DNA of 61,758 nucleotides from Aplysia californica (taxonomy: Eukaryota), in assembly GCF_000002075.1 (NCBI RefSeq), contig NW_004797434.1, positions 435,529-497,286 on the forward strand, given 5' to 3'. A program made the position numbers and the translations under genes. The notes beneath the pieces are model-generated. The model ran no database searches. It saw only the letters and a list, made by a program, of their open reading frames with translations, and was not told the origin of the DNA. This document shows positions 33,201 to 45,778 of the stretch, piece after piece. Numbering within the stretch: the first letter of the stretch is position 1; each line of letters begins with the position of its first letter.

Positions 33201-36200
33201 GTCTTTTTCTCCCCTCCTTCTTTTTTGTGTTTGTTACCCTCTTGTAACGTCTCTAATCTTCGGCACTTATATGACCTTATTGTGTTGCAAGTGCCGTAAA
33301 ACACTTACTAAAACTAAACTATGTATTTTTGATTTTTTTTTTCTTTCACAATTACAGGCAAAGAGAAGCAAGAGTGCAGGAGGTAAATATAGTTCACTGG
33401 TTTTAATTTTTACAAAATATGTGTAAACTGTTTGCATGGGTCACTCACAAAATGAGCTGATAAACAAAGTTAACATGGTGTAGTTCTTGTGTATTTTTTT
33501 AAAGGAATGAAGCGGAAATTTTTTCTGATAAAAACCTGTAAATTCTTTGCCTTATCGACAGGCTGAAAGGCTAGAACTCTGATGGCCACTGGATTGGAAA
33601 AATAAAGTGAAGTTCTATAGAAATTGAATGTAGTAAAACCAGTTCAATGTTTTTAGCTAATTCTGATCTATCGCAACAACATTTAGTGTTTATTTTGCCT
33701 CTGATTACACCCTCTCTTTGTTCCATGATTGAGCAGAATTGTCTGGGTCGGGAATGATCTAAATTACATTGATGGGAGGGCATGATTATTTATTTGTGAG
33801 GCGTGCTGACAAAATGAGTTACTTCTCGTAATCCAAAATTGAGATATCAGCCGAAAATTGACACAAGGGTCAAATTTGTACTTTGTCACCTGAAGTCATT
33901 TTCTTCAAGTTTAACATGTTTTTTTTCATATCATACTTTAAAATTGTACAAAATTAACGTATATGAATTCGTTGCGTCTTTGTCCTTAGAACTAAAATCT
34001 GAGAAGTTTCTCATTTTGTCAGCACACTTCATGTTTACAACATTTCTGTATTATAGCAGTCATTATGTTTGTTTATATTATTTGACAGCTGTCTTGCACC
34101 AAGAGCCTGAGGAAGTCGATGACGAGATGGGAGCTGAGGGTGCCGATTCTGAGGAACAGCTGAAGACAAAGCTGCTGAAGTCTCATGGAAAGATTAAGTA
34201 AGTAGAACACGTAGCTTACTGTTGTGTCAATAGGTCATTTTCTGCCGGTCGCCGAAGTGTGGTTCTGAACTTTGAGAGATGAAGAAAGCTTGAGAATAGC
34301 AAAACATTTGGATTTTTTTTAAAGTTACAAATTCTGAACAGCATTTGCATTTTTTGTCTTGACTTTTCTTTTTTAGTTTCCCTCAACTTTGAGAGATAAG
34401 AAAAACTTGAGAACGAATTAGTAGCAAAACATTTGGGTTTTTTTTTTCAGGTAAGGAATCCTAAATGACATTTTTTCTCTGACGTTTTTTTGTAAAAATC
34501 TACTTCATACTGATCAGTGTTTCGAACTTCTTTAATTTATAGACTCGTGTGTATTGCGAAGTAAGCTTTTATCCTGACTAAATAGTCCTGAGTGGCAAAA
34601 GGAAAGTTTTCCAAATGTTTCCCCTTTGTCACATTTCACCTATGATGTAAACACAGCTGTGAACCCAATTAGTGATACGTGTAGTGTTTTCCTGATTGTC
34701 TTTTAGGCGCCTGGGGTCAGAGTACAAGGCCAACTTCAAATCTCCACTGCGGTACAGCTATGCCGAGGGGGCGTGGCGGGGGGCGGCCCCTCCACAGATG
34801 ATGCCCCAGACATCGGTGAGTTGTTATGGACTTGCTATGACTTTATGCAGTTGTGAGCGCCATAAAAAATTTCCAGGGGGCTCACATGGTCGAGAGGTTA
34901 CGGTATTCACCTCTCATTCAATAGGTATCGGGTTCAAATCCGGACAGCGACAGAAACTTTTCTTCTCTAAAATTATCTCCTTTCACCTCCTTTCCTGCTC
35001 GTTAACAATGTTCTGACGTCTGCTTTCATCTCTACTTTCTGAAAACCGATCCCCTCACCTCATTTGCCCCCTCCTCTGGGCTCCTGACTCTTTCTGCAGC
35101 CTTCTGCTGCTTCTCCATGGCTCCTTCTTACTGCTGTCTTTCAGCCACACCCCTGGTCTTATAATAGGTAAGATCTAATATCTAGCCTTTTTGGATAAGG
35201 GGGGAAAATCTCGGAGGACCCGTGTGCAAGTTGCACACATTAAAGATCCCTTGTTGGTCCAAAATTGTTAAAAGTTAATTTTGGCAGCCACCTGCGCAAA
35301 ATTCGAAATTTCCTACCAACCTGAAAATATTTAATGTGTTCCGCACACTCGTATGACCTTATGCAGTTGCTAGCGCCATAAGCTCTTACAAAAAAATTAA
35401 TAGATAAATAAATGAATTTCCTAAACACAAGTCAAGCCAGTTCAAAAAGTATACAACTTACTTATGCGATATTGTCTTAGTTTGCTCAAGTGACCCTTTG
35501 TGACAAGGCTATAGTTATGGAAAGATTATAATATTGTAATTCAACTTTTATTAGAGGAGATTTCATTTTCACAAAATTTTCATTCCTTTTGGGCTCCTTC
35601 AGTACTTCTTCCTCTTCCCCCCATCTAAATAATGATTTTTTGGTGGTTGGCGGGTGCTCTGGTGTGGTTTGCTCCTTCTTTCCTATCAAACATCTATCGT
35701 CCTTATCTCCCCTCCTTCTTTTTTGTGTTTGTTACTCTCTTGTAACATTTCTTATCTTCAGCATTTATGTGACCTAATTGCGTTGCAAGTGCTGTAAAAG
35801 GCTTACTTTAAAAAACCCACAACCAAATGATTTTTATCACTGTTTATCTGGACTTGATTATCTGTCTTTTCATGTTTGTGCATAGAGTGCTGAAAACACA
35901 GATGCCAACAATGACAAAGAGAACAACAACAACAACAACGCTAGCGAGGAGGCTCCTCTCTCAAACTGGTTTGCAGAAGTGTTGGAGCTGCGCCGGCGAG
36001 CGCAGGAGTACCGTAAACGTGCGCAGGGAACACACTTCTCCCGTGAGCACCTGGTGCAGCTGATGGCCAAACAGAACGAATGCTGGGACCTCCACTCGGA
36101 TGGCTCCTCAACTGTTCGAGCCCTGAACCTGGAGACCTCGGGTGCTCATCTCAGGTTACAGATTCTTTCTCTTTTCATCAGTTATCATGATTTGTTTTTG

Positions 36201-39200
36201 ATAGTGAGTCAATACTCTTTTTAGATGGAATGCCTAGATTTCTTATTACAGTCGGAACTCTCTTAAGACGACTGCCCATTGTCGAGAAGAAAAGTGGCTG
36301 TCTTAGGCAGTGTCATTTGTGAGGCAGCGTTGTGATATCAGGCGCTCGTCAATTTTTGGGCATCTGGAGCTATTGGTATCATTATAAAGCTTGTTCATTT
36401 GACCATCTTTTGATGAAAAAAAACACATGTCCATCTTGAATAGAAGTCGAGATATTTGTTATTGAAGGAGGTTAAGGTTGGCTGGTTTTAGACGTAAAAT
36501 TAATGAGAAAATGGCCGCCAAAGTTCGGTGATTTCCAAAGCTTGAGAGTCCCTGAAAACTGAAACTTTACATTTGTTGTGCCTTTAATCATTGTTTTTCA
36601 GTAAAATCTACACAGAAATATGTTTTTAAATGGACGTAAAAAGCGTTGAGCCAAAAAATGAAAATAAGAAAATTATTGTCAAACTGGAGGAAAAATGTCG
36701 ATATCTTCAATTTCATTATTTTGACGAGCGCCTGATTTCACCATGCCGCCTCACATTTTAATTTTTAAAAATACACTAGGGGGAAATTGGGATGTGGCTG
36801 TTAGAGGAGGTTTGACTGTAAATTTTTAAGACCCTAAAACTTTGCTTCAAATAATTTGCTCTCGCTTTGCAGGCATATTGCAGACTACAGAGTTTGTTTC
36901 TGCCAAAGTGTGAAACAAAGCTAAGTGTTATAAAGAAAGGTGCTGATTTTCTGGATAAATGAAAAAATCTGAATTTCTGAAACTGTCCATACTTTTCTCT
37001 CTGTATAAAAATAGTCTTCTCACAAGATGTTAAAGACAATGTGTTCCCTAAATTTGGAATCTCCGCTCATATGTTTTGAGAGGGTCTTAGAAGTTAAGGA
37101 TTTTTTTTTCATAGATTAGTGGCTTCTTTATAAAAAAGAAATGAAGCTTCTAGATATCCCCAGACTTTTCTCTCACATTTATCTTAACATAATCATTGCT
37201 CTCTGGGATCTGAAAACTCTTCTCTTTTCCTGCTGTGGGAAATTAAATCTTTAATTTTGAAGGGGACCGCAAAATGACTGAAACTGCTCCCTCTTAGCTA
37301 GCAAAATATGAAAAAAAACCCACCATACATCACAAATGGGGGTGGGTGGGGGTGGGGGGTTCGACAGGAATAAGTTCTATTCTGTGTCTAAAAAGGGCTG
37401 GAACACTGGAACCTTAACATTCTATGAGCACAAATGTACTTTGGTTTCACACTTTGCTGGTCACAGATATGTTTACCGTACACCAAAGTGAATGGAAATA
37501 CCAAAGTTTTGTTATTCTCATGTCAGCGAATGGCTTTCGTCTTCAGAGGTAAGGAAAAGAACCTGGCCCAAACAGCTCCTGCCGACCTGGTGGATGCCCT
37601 GTCCCATGAGGCCACAGAGGGAGATTCGCCGCTCATGTCGGACGTGGAGGAAGCTGAACCCCAAAGAAAGGAAGGAAAGAAGAAAAAAGGGAGGAGAGGA
37701 GGGAAGAGCAAGGGAGGAAGGAAAAGCAGAAAGATGGCCTGGTTGGAGGAGCAGAAGGAGAGTGTGGCTGAGCAGAGGAGGTGAGAAAGTTTACAGTGGG
37801 ATGGTGTTTTTAGTTGAAATGTGATGTGTTTTATTTTCGTACAGTCTCACTGTATTCTCTCAAGTTTTTGGCTAATCTCTCTGATTTTGTTTGGTTTCTT
37901 TTTGCTACAGCTATTCTTTGTCTGCTCCCCCCATCTCTTTTGTCTCGTCCGTCTTCTTTCTCACCTCTGCTGAGGAGTTTCATTGAGAAGCACGAGGAGA
38001 ATAGTTCTTGCGAAAATTAAATCAGTTACTGATAGGGACCATCGGTATGAATACCGTAACTTTTTATCTCAGAGGGGGGGGTAAATCCACTACGCCAGAG
38101 CCCTTTTTTGGTACTAAATCTAAAAATGACAGAAATGTCACTAAATGGGTAATAAAACGAAACAAGTGAACCAATTTGGATAGTTGGTCATCTAATGAAT
38201 GAACCTCCGGTAAAAGAGACCTGTTTTCGGCAATTGCCGAATAGTAATTTGATGTCAAAGTCGTTGTAAAGGAATGTGCCCAAGCCAATGCCAGCAGTTC
38301 CGACCTCGAGCCGCTGGAGAGTGGCTTGCTGGAAATAGGGAGTTAAGATGAACCCTGTTGAGGAGGGGTGAGGGGTTTTGAATGGAATCTGTCTCTGAAG
38401 ACCCCAGTTCTGAAAACAAATAATCAAGTAATCTCTCAAGTAGATGTTTAGCACTGTGAAAACAGAGAGAACCATGTGTTAGAAAAAAAGGAATATGAAT
38501 AATGGAATGGAATTAAAAGTATTATGAGGTAGTGAAAAAAAGTCTTGATGTTCTGTTCCTATGAACTACTGTCTATTTTTCCTTGTATGCATGTGTATGT
38601 AATACTTTCAAAGATAATTTGCTCAGTTGTGTTCCTTTCATACCTCCCTCAGTTATTTGTCATATTCTATCATCCTTTTTAGCATTTTATGAATGTCTTT
38701 TTGTCAAAAAGTGACCCCCCGACCCCCCCCCCCCCCCCCCCCTATAAAATCATTTCAGGCAACTTGAAGAAACGAGACAGAGAGAAGATATGAAGGACGA
38801 TGATGATAATGACAGCGAAGGGTTGGTGGGAAAAGAGGGTAGGCTTCCCACCCCTTTGCTACAAGGTGATAGCTCGGCCCGAAGACATCACTTGGACCTG
38901 ACCACCCCTGCAGTGGGCGGTGCCATTCTCACTTGTCCACCATCCAAGAGCAGCAAACTGATCATCACTTCTCGATCTGGTATGTTTGTTGAGTCAATCC
39001 GTGTGTCTAAGATGAACTATGGTATGCATACAATCGAAATTGTCTAAGATGCCCACAAATTGTAGTTGAGAAAAGTAGCCATCGTAGACGGGAGGACGGC
39101 TTACACAATTATTGTCAGTAGAATGTAAAAAAACGCAAGGGAAGGAAATGGGAAGTGGCCATTTGTACAGGAGATTGTCACAAACAGGTGGTTGTTAGAG

Positions 39201-42200
39201 CAGTTTCGACTGTATTTTGAAGTAGATTTTCATTTGATTTAAATAGTTTGAGCAACGCTAAATTTTGCGGTACATAAAACAAAAACAGACAAATGTGTTG
39301 TTCTTTTGCTGTAGAGAATGAATGATACTCAGAGTGCTGAATTTGAAATTCCTGTTTGTTGTAATGTTAGTTTGGGTCATTTTACTCAACTTTCTTTTTA
39401 GAAAAAAAGTGATCATGTTACTTTCTTTATCTTTAATTTGGCCAAAGTTTTTATGCTTATAAATTGATACGTGTTTCTGTTTATTTGTAAGAGTTATTGC
39501 AATATTTAATTGCTGGCTGGTCTAAACAAAAATTGTTTTTATGTTCTGTGGAAAATCAGTGGTTCAGGTGACTTTTTGAAACCTGAGAAGGATGGTTGAT
39601 GGGTGTTATGGTGTGGTTTGCTCTTTCTTTCCTATCAAACATCTATTGTCCTATTCTCTCCCCCTTCCTTATTTATTTGTTACTCTTTAATAACACCTCT
39701 AAAAATTGGCACTTATATGACCGTCTTGTGTTGCAAGTGCTGTAAAACTCTTACTAAAACTAAAACACAGATACCGAAGTAGTTGATTATGTGTGTTTGT
39801 CTCTTCATACATTTATGAAAATTTTTTTATTTGACGTTCAGGTGACAGCTATGTGACTGCATCTGATGATCTCCCGGTCAGAGGTGAACAGAAGGTCAGT
39901 GCCTGTGTCCATAGAAACCTTTGAGATAGATCATATCTAATAGTATAGGTTATTTAAGAGGCAGGATCTCAGAGTTTAACGTCCATCTCCGAAATGACCG
40001 AGCCAAATGGGAAATTTGTGTAAAGTACCCTTCCCAAGGACACTCAAACCCATGAACCCAAAATCTCACAATTACGGGTCCGGAAGCCTGACCACTAGTA
40101 GGTCACCGAATCCACTAAAGTTTTATTTGAAAAGTTAAAACAAACATTTGGATGAAGAGTAACCTCATGGTATACAGTTGACTCTGTGTCAAATTTACCA
40201 CTGCATTGATTACATGCACACATAGCAATCAATTTTTGGTATTAGTTTAGCTTGTCTGTAAGAAGTTCACTTCTTCATCACATATGTAAGTTGTATGCTT
40301 TTGAACTGGCTTAACTTGTGTTAAGGAAATTTATTTCTTTTTAAACTTTTGTAGAGTGGATTGATTTGTTTTTGGAAAATCCCTTCCAGCCTAATATACT
40401 ACTCCGTGTTGGTAAGCCTTCATCTATTTCTTATCTTTTCCACTAGTTGGAGATGTTGCCGTGGGTGGTTGGCGGGTGTTCTGGTGTGGTTTGCTTCTTC
40501 TTTCCTGTCGAACATCTATCATCCTTATCTCCCCTTCTTCTTTTTTATGTTTGTTACTCTCTTGTAACATCTCTAATCTCCTGGCGCTTATATGACCTTA
40601 TGCATTTGCGAGTACCGTAAAACCTTTACTAAAACTATTTAAAAAACAGGAGATGTTGCCTTTTGGACCCTTCTGCGATAAAACACTCTGCCTCTAGCCA
40701 TTCCCAGCCACATAGGTTTCTATGTCTTGTTCCCATCCTCTGTTAGTTCTCTCCCTCCCCACCCCTTTCCTCTCTTACTTTCTCTTGCCTTCTTGGTAGG
40801 CATTACATGTTACTTACATTATATTGGGACTCCCGTGGCCTAGTGATTAGCAAGTTCATTCTTAAAAGTAATGTAAAGCAAGTGTCATTGAAAAGAGATT
40901 TTGATGGGTGGTCACTGAGGTGTGTCTATTAGCAAAACACGATAACCCAAGTTTTTAAAAAAAAATTGAGGTGCTTCACAGTGGCGACCTCCAACGTCAT
41001 GTTGTAAAATTGTCTGCTTTGGTATTTATTTATTATTTTTTTTTATTCGTTCATTTATTCATTTTTATTTATTTATAGAAGAATGATAACATGATGTTTG
41101 TCCCTCTCTCACCCGACAGAAGTACAATATGGACAAACTGCTGACCCTGCCAGCCGGCGGCAAGCCCTCACCAGATACGCATGCCCTGAGGGACGACGTA
41201 GCCGAGTCTGATCAAGCGCTGGTCACTCAGTACATCGTGTCTCCTCCACTTCCTGGGTCAGAGGAAGGTATGGCTTAAGGCTATATAGGTCACAACATGG
41301 TGGAATCAGACGCTCGACAATTTTTGGGCATATGGAGTTATTGATTTGATCTGAAAGCTTGTTCTTTTGTCTTGCTTTGATGAGGAAAATACCCATCTAT
41401 CTGGAATAGAAGGGGGGGGGGGGGGTGTTACCTAGTGTCTAAAGTTAAATAAGCAAGAAAATGACCGCCAACATTAGGTGACTTCCAAAGCTTGAATGTT
41501 CTTAGAAACCGCAAAGTTATATTTTTTGTGCCTTTCAAGTTTTTCAGTTAACTCCACAAATAAGTTCTATTAATGATATTTTTGTTTTATCAAGGAATAA
41601 AATAAATTCTTCCAAGTTTTTTTAAAGAATATTCATAATATTTATGCCTTGTTCTGTACTTGACCTTTTCGTGTTGCAAGTGCTGTAAAACACTTACTAA
41701 AACATTTCAGATTGTCAATTGCTATTTCTGTGTTCCAGACAAAGAGAACAAAGGCCAGAGAAAGAAGAAGAGCAAGGGGCAGAAGCCAGGCAGTCTGACG
41801 ACCATCAAGGAAGGCTATGGAAAAACATATCAGCCGAAGCCCTTCCTGGACCTAGGTGAGATTTCTGATATCTTGTAGGCCCACTGCCTGCTGTGTGGTG
41901 AGGTCTTGGGAGATGGACAGTAAATTAACATCTTTTCTTCGGTCAACTGTTCAGATAGATGTACTAAGCCCAAAATTTCATTCTTTCGAAGTTCGTACCC
42001 TCTGTTTATCCTGGCTCTTCGTATAGTGTCTCATTGAATGGCTCTGTTCGTTAAATGACCAGACGATCGTTGTTCTCAGATGTTTTCCTAGTGGACAAAA
42101 GTGTATTGGTTCTGCTGATTAATATCAGAAGATTGTGTTAAAAAAGGATTGGAATCGTTATCTTTCACGGTGAGCTAAAATTCCCCATATGTTTATACAG

Positions 42201-42587
42201 TCTAGCATGCACAAAGGGAAGTCGGCGGGACGTAGAAATCTTTTTGTTGTGTATAAGTTTCAAGCTATCTCAAGTCAGACAATCGGGTTAAAATATTACA
42301 ATACATGAATTATTGTTTTCTCAACACGAACTTAAAAGATCTGAGCAGAATTCTCCTATAAATTAATTTTAATGCCTGGAGTGAACATAACCGACTACCT
42401 TCATGCTTTGAAGAATTTTCTTCTCCGTCTCTCCACAGATGACATAAAAGCTGGCACTCTGGACAAAAAAGATGACGACGTCCTGTCAGTATCTCTTATG
42501 TCCGTGGCATCCAGCGGCTCTCTCGCGTCTGAGGTCTTGGAGCGTGCCAGGAAGCGACAGGAGTTTTGGAACAAGAAAGATTCGTAG
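21091..42587 (+). CDS. MDM1: Nuclear/centriolar protein MDM1; exons 21091-21108, [2a 22582-22696 or 2b 24449-24539], 28347-28460, 28960-29096, 29884-30192, 31401-31529, 32016-32201, 33358-33382, 34089-34197, 34707-34815, 35886-36154, 37547-37780, 38759-38979, 39842-39894, 41120-41267, 41739-41855, 42439-42587; 813 aa (2a) or 805 aa (2b)
   Basis: Family motifs: MPVHFK-GASEY, four SEYxxx(F/Y) repeats (SEYQRQFQWK, SEYRQQF, SEYKANFKSP..Y.Y..GAW), WFAEVLELRRRAQEYRKRAQGTHFSREHL, GRLPTP...HHLDLTTPAVGGAIL, and C-terminal LERARKRQEFW. All junctions are GT-AG and phase-consistent. Confidence 0.93.
22582..22696 (+). CDS. MDM1: MDM1 alternative exon 2a (115 nt, phase 0 to 1)
   Basis: GASEYKVHYKWMDSFRSKSFQPSQEQAARRAGQISVNS; acceptor TTACAG, donor GTGTGT. 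Confidence 0.75.
24449..24539 (+). CDS. MDM1: MDM1 alternative exon 2b (91 nt, phase 0 to 1)
   Basis: STSEYKQKFGSAQADDAPAGPSAGIESDKL; acceptor CTGCAG, donor GTATTT. Confidence 0.75.
25391..25447. repeat. 3 x 19-bp tandem repeat CCACACTGCTTGTGTGTGA
   Basis: Seen directly. Confidence 0.9.
27455..28290. repeat. Degenerate tandem repeat, unit about 85-92 bp, about 9 copies
   Basis: Recurrent AAAGTTTTGATATTCC(C/T)TCTGTAAATACTGAAAGTTTAACATGTGCATAGTATGTACCTCATGC..GCGTTAACA. Confidence 0.85.
32702..32937. mobile_element. Sola-like MITE (AWWT TSD)
   Basis: TIR GTGA(T/G)G(C/T)GTGCTGACAAAAT, with ATAT on both flanks. A sister copy lies at 33796-34032. Confidence 0.7.
33141..33319 (+). mobile_element. 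Family A short retro-element, near-consensus copy
   Basis: Full length from GTGGGTGGTTGGCGGG to GGCACTTATATGACCTTATTGTGTTGCAAGTGCCGTAAAACACTTACTAAAACTAAAC. Confidence 0.85.
33796..34032. mobile_element. Sola-like MITE, same TIR family as 32702
   Basis: GTGAGGCGTGCTGACAAAATGAG...CTCATTTTGTCAGCACACTTCAT; left flank ATTT. Confidence 0.7.
34876..35398 (+). mobile_element. tRNA-Deu/Nin SINE, family B copy 2
   Basis: Collinear with 16707-17250 over its whole length. It is inserted directly behind another family tail (34836-34868). Confidence 0.85.
35641..35812 (+). mobile_element. Family A short retro-element
   Basis: Collinear with 33141-33319. Confidence 0.8.
36319..36754. mobile_element. Sola-like MITE (ATTT TSD)
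   Basis: About 34-bp imperfect TIR GTGAGGC.GC.T.GTGA.ATCAGGCGCTCGTCAA, with ATTT on both flanks. A partial relative lies at about 41295-41545. Confidence 0.75.
39591..39765 (+). mobile_element. Family A short retro-element
   Basis: Collinear with 33141-33319. Confidence 0.8.
39960..40095 (-). mobile_element. tRNA-derived SINE fragment with CORE/Meta-like and Deu-like blocks
   Basis: The minus strand has GTGTCCTTGGGAAGGGTACTTTACACAAATTTCCC followed by TTCGGAGATGGACGTTAAAC. Confidence 0.5.
40461..40636 (+). mobile_element. Family A short retro-element
   Basis: Collinear with 33141-33319; the tail is of the GGCGCTT type. Confidence 0.8.
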
Positions 42588-43138
42588 ACCAATAGCTCGC
42601 AGAAGTGCTTAGACCAACCAATTAAGTCCTTATGCATTACTGAATAGTTGAGAATCTAGAAAAACTATTAAGACAATTACAAATATATCATGCCTGTTTA
42701 AATTCAAATGTACAATTTTGTTTTGTGTAAACACATCGTAGGCTACCAGCTGTATCTGTCAAAATTCAACAGTGCATTATTGTTTTGCTTGTTACGGTGT
42801 ATCTAATTCTTTGACTTGACGTATACTTTTAGACAGTGGTGTCAATTGCATACCACAAATAGCATAAGTTAGCAGTTTGTGCAGAAAAGTCATAGTTTTA
42901 TAAATGAGAGTTTTAATTCAGGGAAGAAAATCCAACAGCTATGAAAGCACCTTTGTAAGAGGCAATGTTTTTTTTCCTCATAAAGATGTAGCAGTTTGAA
43001 TGGCCAGTCAGTACGAAAGAAGCTTGCTCATTATTATAATGTTCAAGAGCAATTTACATCCTAACAGAACCGCTTAGGTTCAAGACTGCTTCTTGCCAGT
43101 AGCTTTGCTACAAATTACATAATTGGGGGGGGGGGGGT

Positions 43139-43305
43139 TTAGTTTTGATTAGTTTTATGGCACTTGCAGCACAAAGAGGTCTTACAAGTGCCGAAGATTA
43201 GAGGTGTTTGTGGAGAGTAATATATAAAGAAAAGGAGAGGTAAGGATGGTAGATGCTTGGTAAAATAAAAGAAGGCACAAACACACCAGAGTACTTGCCA
43301 ACCTC
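43139..43305 (-). mobile_element. Family A short retro-element
   Basis: Reverse-complement match to the family consensus. Confidence 0.75.
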
Positions 43306-43577
43306 TCATCAATTGGTGGGGGGAAATTGCAGAATGCAAACAGTATGAAAGAAACATTTCCAGTGTCCTCTAATTGCCCGTAGAACAAAAAGAATTTTTA
43401 TTTATTTTAGAATGATTGAATATGAGCTCTTCAAGTGTTGGAACAATTTTAAACTTGGAGGCCAAACCACTTTACCACGACTTTGTTGGCTCATGTGACT
43501 GCTTTGGCGTCACTTGCAGACTGTTTTATAATCATATTTGAATTATTTGTGAAAGCCATGCCTCAAAATACCTTTAA

Positions 43578-43887
43578 CCCTTTGAGCCTCAGCCACCGGT
43601 GGCGTGTAAAATTACCTGTATGCGTAACCACCAGTACACCGGTAAGCAAAACTCAACCCGGCCCCTCTGGGACAAATCACAGACGGAAAACAGCAGCCTA
43701 CTACACAGGACATTATTATTTTGAAGATCTTTCTGAATTAGATGACTGGTAATGACGAGGACTACCCTGAGTGGAATATGAAGTGTGATTCTGACAATGA
43801 TACAAAAGTCAGAGTAATATAGGCGTAAATCGCCCAGGAGCTCGAGCAGAGGGACACGGTAGCATCAGGAGGTCAGGGCTCAAAGGG
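43578..43887. mobile_element. piggyBac-like MITE
   Basis: TIR CCCTTTGAGCC, with TTAA at 43574-43577 and 43888-43891. Confidence 0.8.
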
Positions 43888-44579
43888 TTAATGCTTTACA
43901 GAAGGCATGGCTGATTGTAATTGAGATTTTTTTTAATGCATGAGTAGCAAGCATGTAATCTGTGACGTTTATCTGTGATATTTTCATTAAAAATGTATAC
44001 CTTTCACAAAATTTCCCTCCTTTTCTGTACATATAGATTGATACCTTGAAGAAATTAACTCTGTGTCTAGTTCTGCTGAGATTTTAATGTGGTGGATCTC
44101 TACAAATACAAACTCAGTCATTGAAAAACAAATATTTGGAAACAGAAAAAGGCTCACATTTGTTGTTATCTGAAATGATCTTTACTTCCTTGGGAGGTTA
44201 CTCCATTCAACATGCGGTGAAGGTCTTTTCTTGGGAAGACCACAAACTCTTCCCGTTCTCTTTTATGTGGCATCATGGCTACAATGTCACCATTGACTGT
44301 ACTTTTTATAATTCTGAGACAACTTCAGAGGCAGCCTCCATTCTTTCACTCTTCGTTTGAGGCATATTTTGACTTGAATGAAAATGCCACTCCATAAGTC
44401 ACTCAAAAACACTGTGCCTTTTGATTATCACAATGCAATCATAGAGGTGTGTGTGCGTGTGTCTGCATGTTCATTTTCTTCTCATGTTTGTCTTGTCACA
44501 AGGTTTGCTTCCTCAAATAAAAAAGGGGAAGACAAGACTGTCTCTTAAACTGAAATTGCTGAAGACAAAAATCCTTTAA

Positions 44580-44701
44580 CACTTTGTCATCACATCTCGC
44601 TGATCGGCGTTTTACCACCCCGTTTCTTTTGATTTGCCCAAAAATGCCTTTGCCTTTGATGGCAAGGGTTTTTACTATATGAGCCTTGTGATGGCAAAGT
44701 G
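44580..44701. mobile_element. Small TTAA-flanked (piggyBac-like) MITE
   Basis: TIR CACTTTG(T/C)CATCACA, with TTAA on both sides. Confidence 0.7.
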
Positions 44702-45778
44702 TTAAATGAAGCTTTTATGCCTCTCTAATTGAAAATGCTAAAGCAAAGTAGCCTTAAAATGAATATGCCACAGCACATGTCAACCAAAAACCCTGTGCCT
44801 TTTGGTTTTCACAATGCCTTCATACAGATCATGCATGTGTGAGTGTCTGCATATGTCAGTTCATGCAATTTCTACATTTTTGGGGGGCCAAAGACACAAA
44901 AATTACTATCCCCAACTCTTGATCTTTATCTCAGGCATAAAGTATAAGAAGCGCGGCTTGAAAATGTCGTGTCTCAAACATATTCCTTTTTTTATTACTA
45001 AAAATGCATGCGTCTGAATCCGAGCCATCACTGTGAATTTAATGTATATATTCTTAGCGAAAGATGCGAATAAAGTAGTATGTTAATCGTATATGATGTT
45101 CTCTTTGCTCATTACATAACACAAACACGAGGGAATTGTTCAACATTTTATTCAGTTTGCTATATAAATGGCATCTAAGCAACAAGCAGGTGTGAGTGTA
45201 GGTGTGGGCTACACCCACCACAACATTGACACATCCACTGAACGAACTCCTCAGCTCACACTGAAATGTTTGCCAAGTTAAAAAATGACGACAAAGGTGT
45301 GTGGTAGTAGTAGGAATGATGGGGTTCTGCGTATGAAAAGCGATGAGGAAAATCGTGAAGTAAAGGTTCATACTAAATGGTATCAAAAAACATAGTATAG
45401 TAATGCACTGACTTAGGTAGATTAAGAAAGATGGTCTTATAAAACTCACAAGTTCTATACAGAAATTGAAGTTGCTAATACAAGAAATTAAGAACATATT
45501 TTTCCATTCTTAAACTCATGAATGAATAACATCTCTTTACCAGCGATAAAGTTAGTAAAAACATGAAATACCTCATACATCAAATTTCCCAACAAATCAA
45601 TGAACCTCTCTCTGCGACATGCCGAAATGATTCTCTTTTTATCCTCGACGTTCAACCCCAAAAAGAATATTGGTAAACCACAGAAACTTCAACAAAATTT
45701 GCACACATATCAAAAACTGAATGTTTCAGTCAATACATGCAGTGCGATGGGAGATTCTCATAGTAAGAAAACCCCATT

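Noticed and set aside
45054-45497. 147-aa ORF downstream of TKT
   Set aside because: Low-complexity hydrophobic translation of AT-rich 3' UTR with no family motifs.
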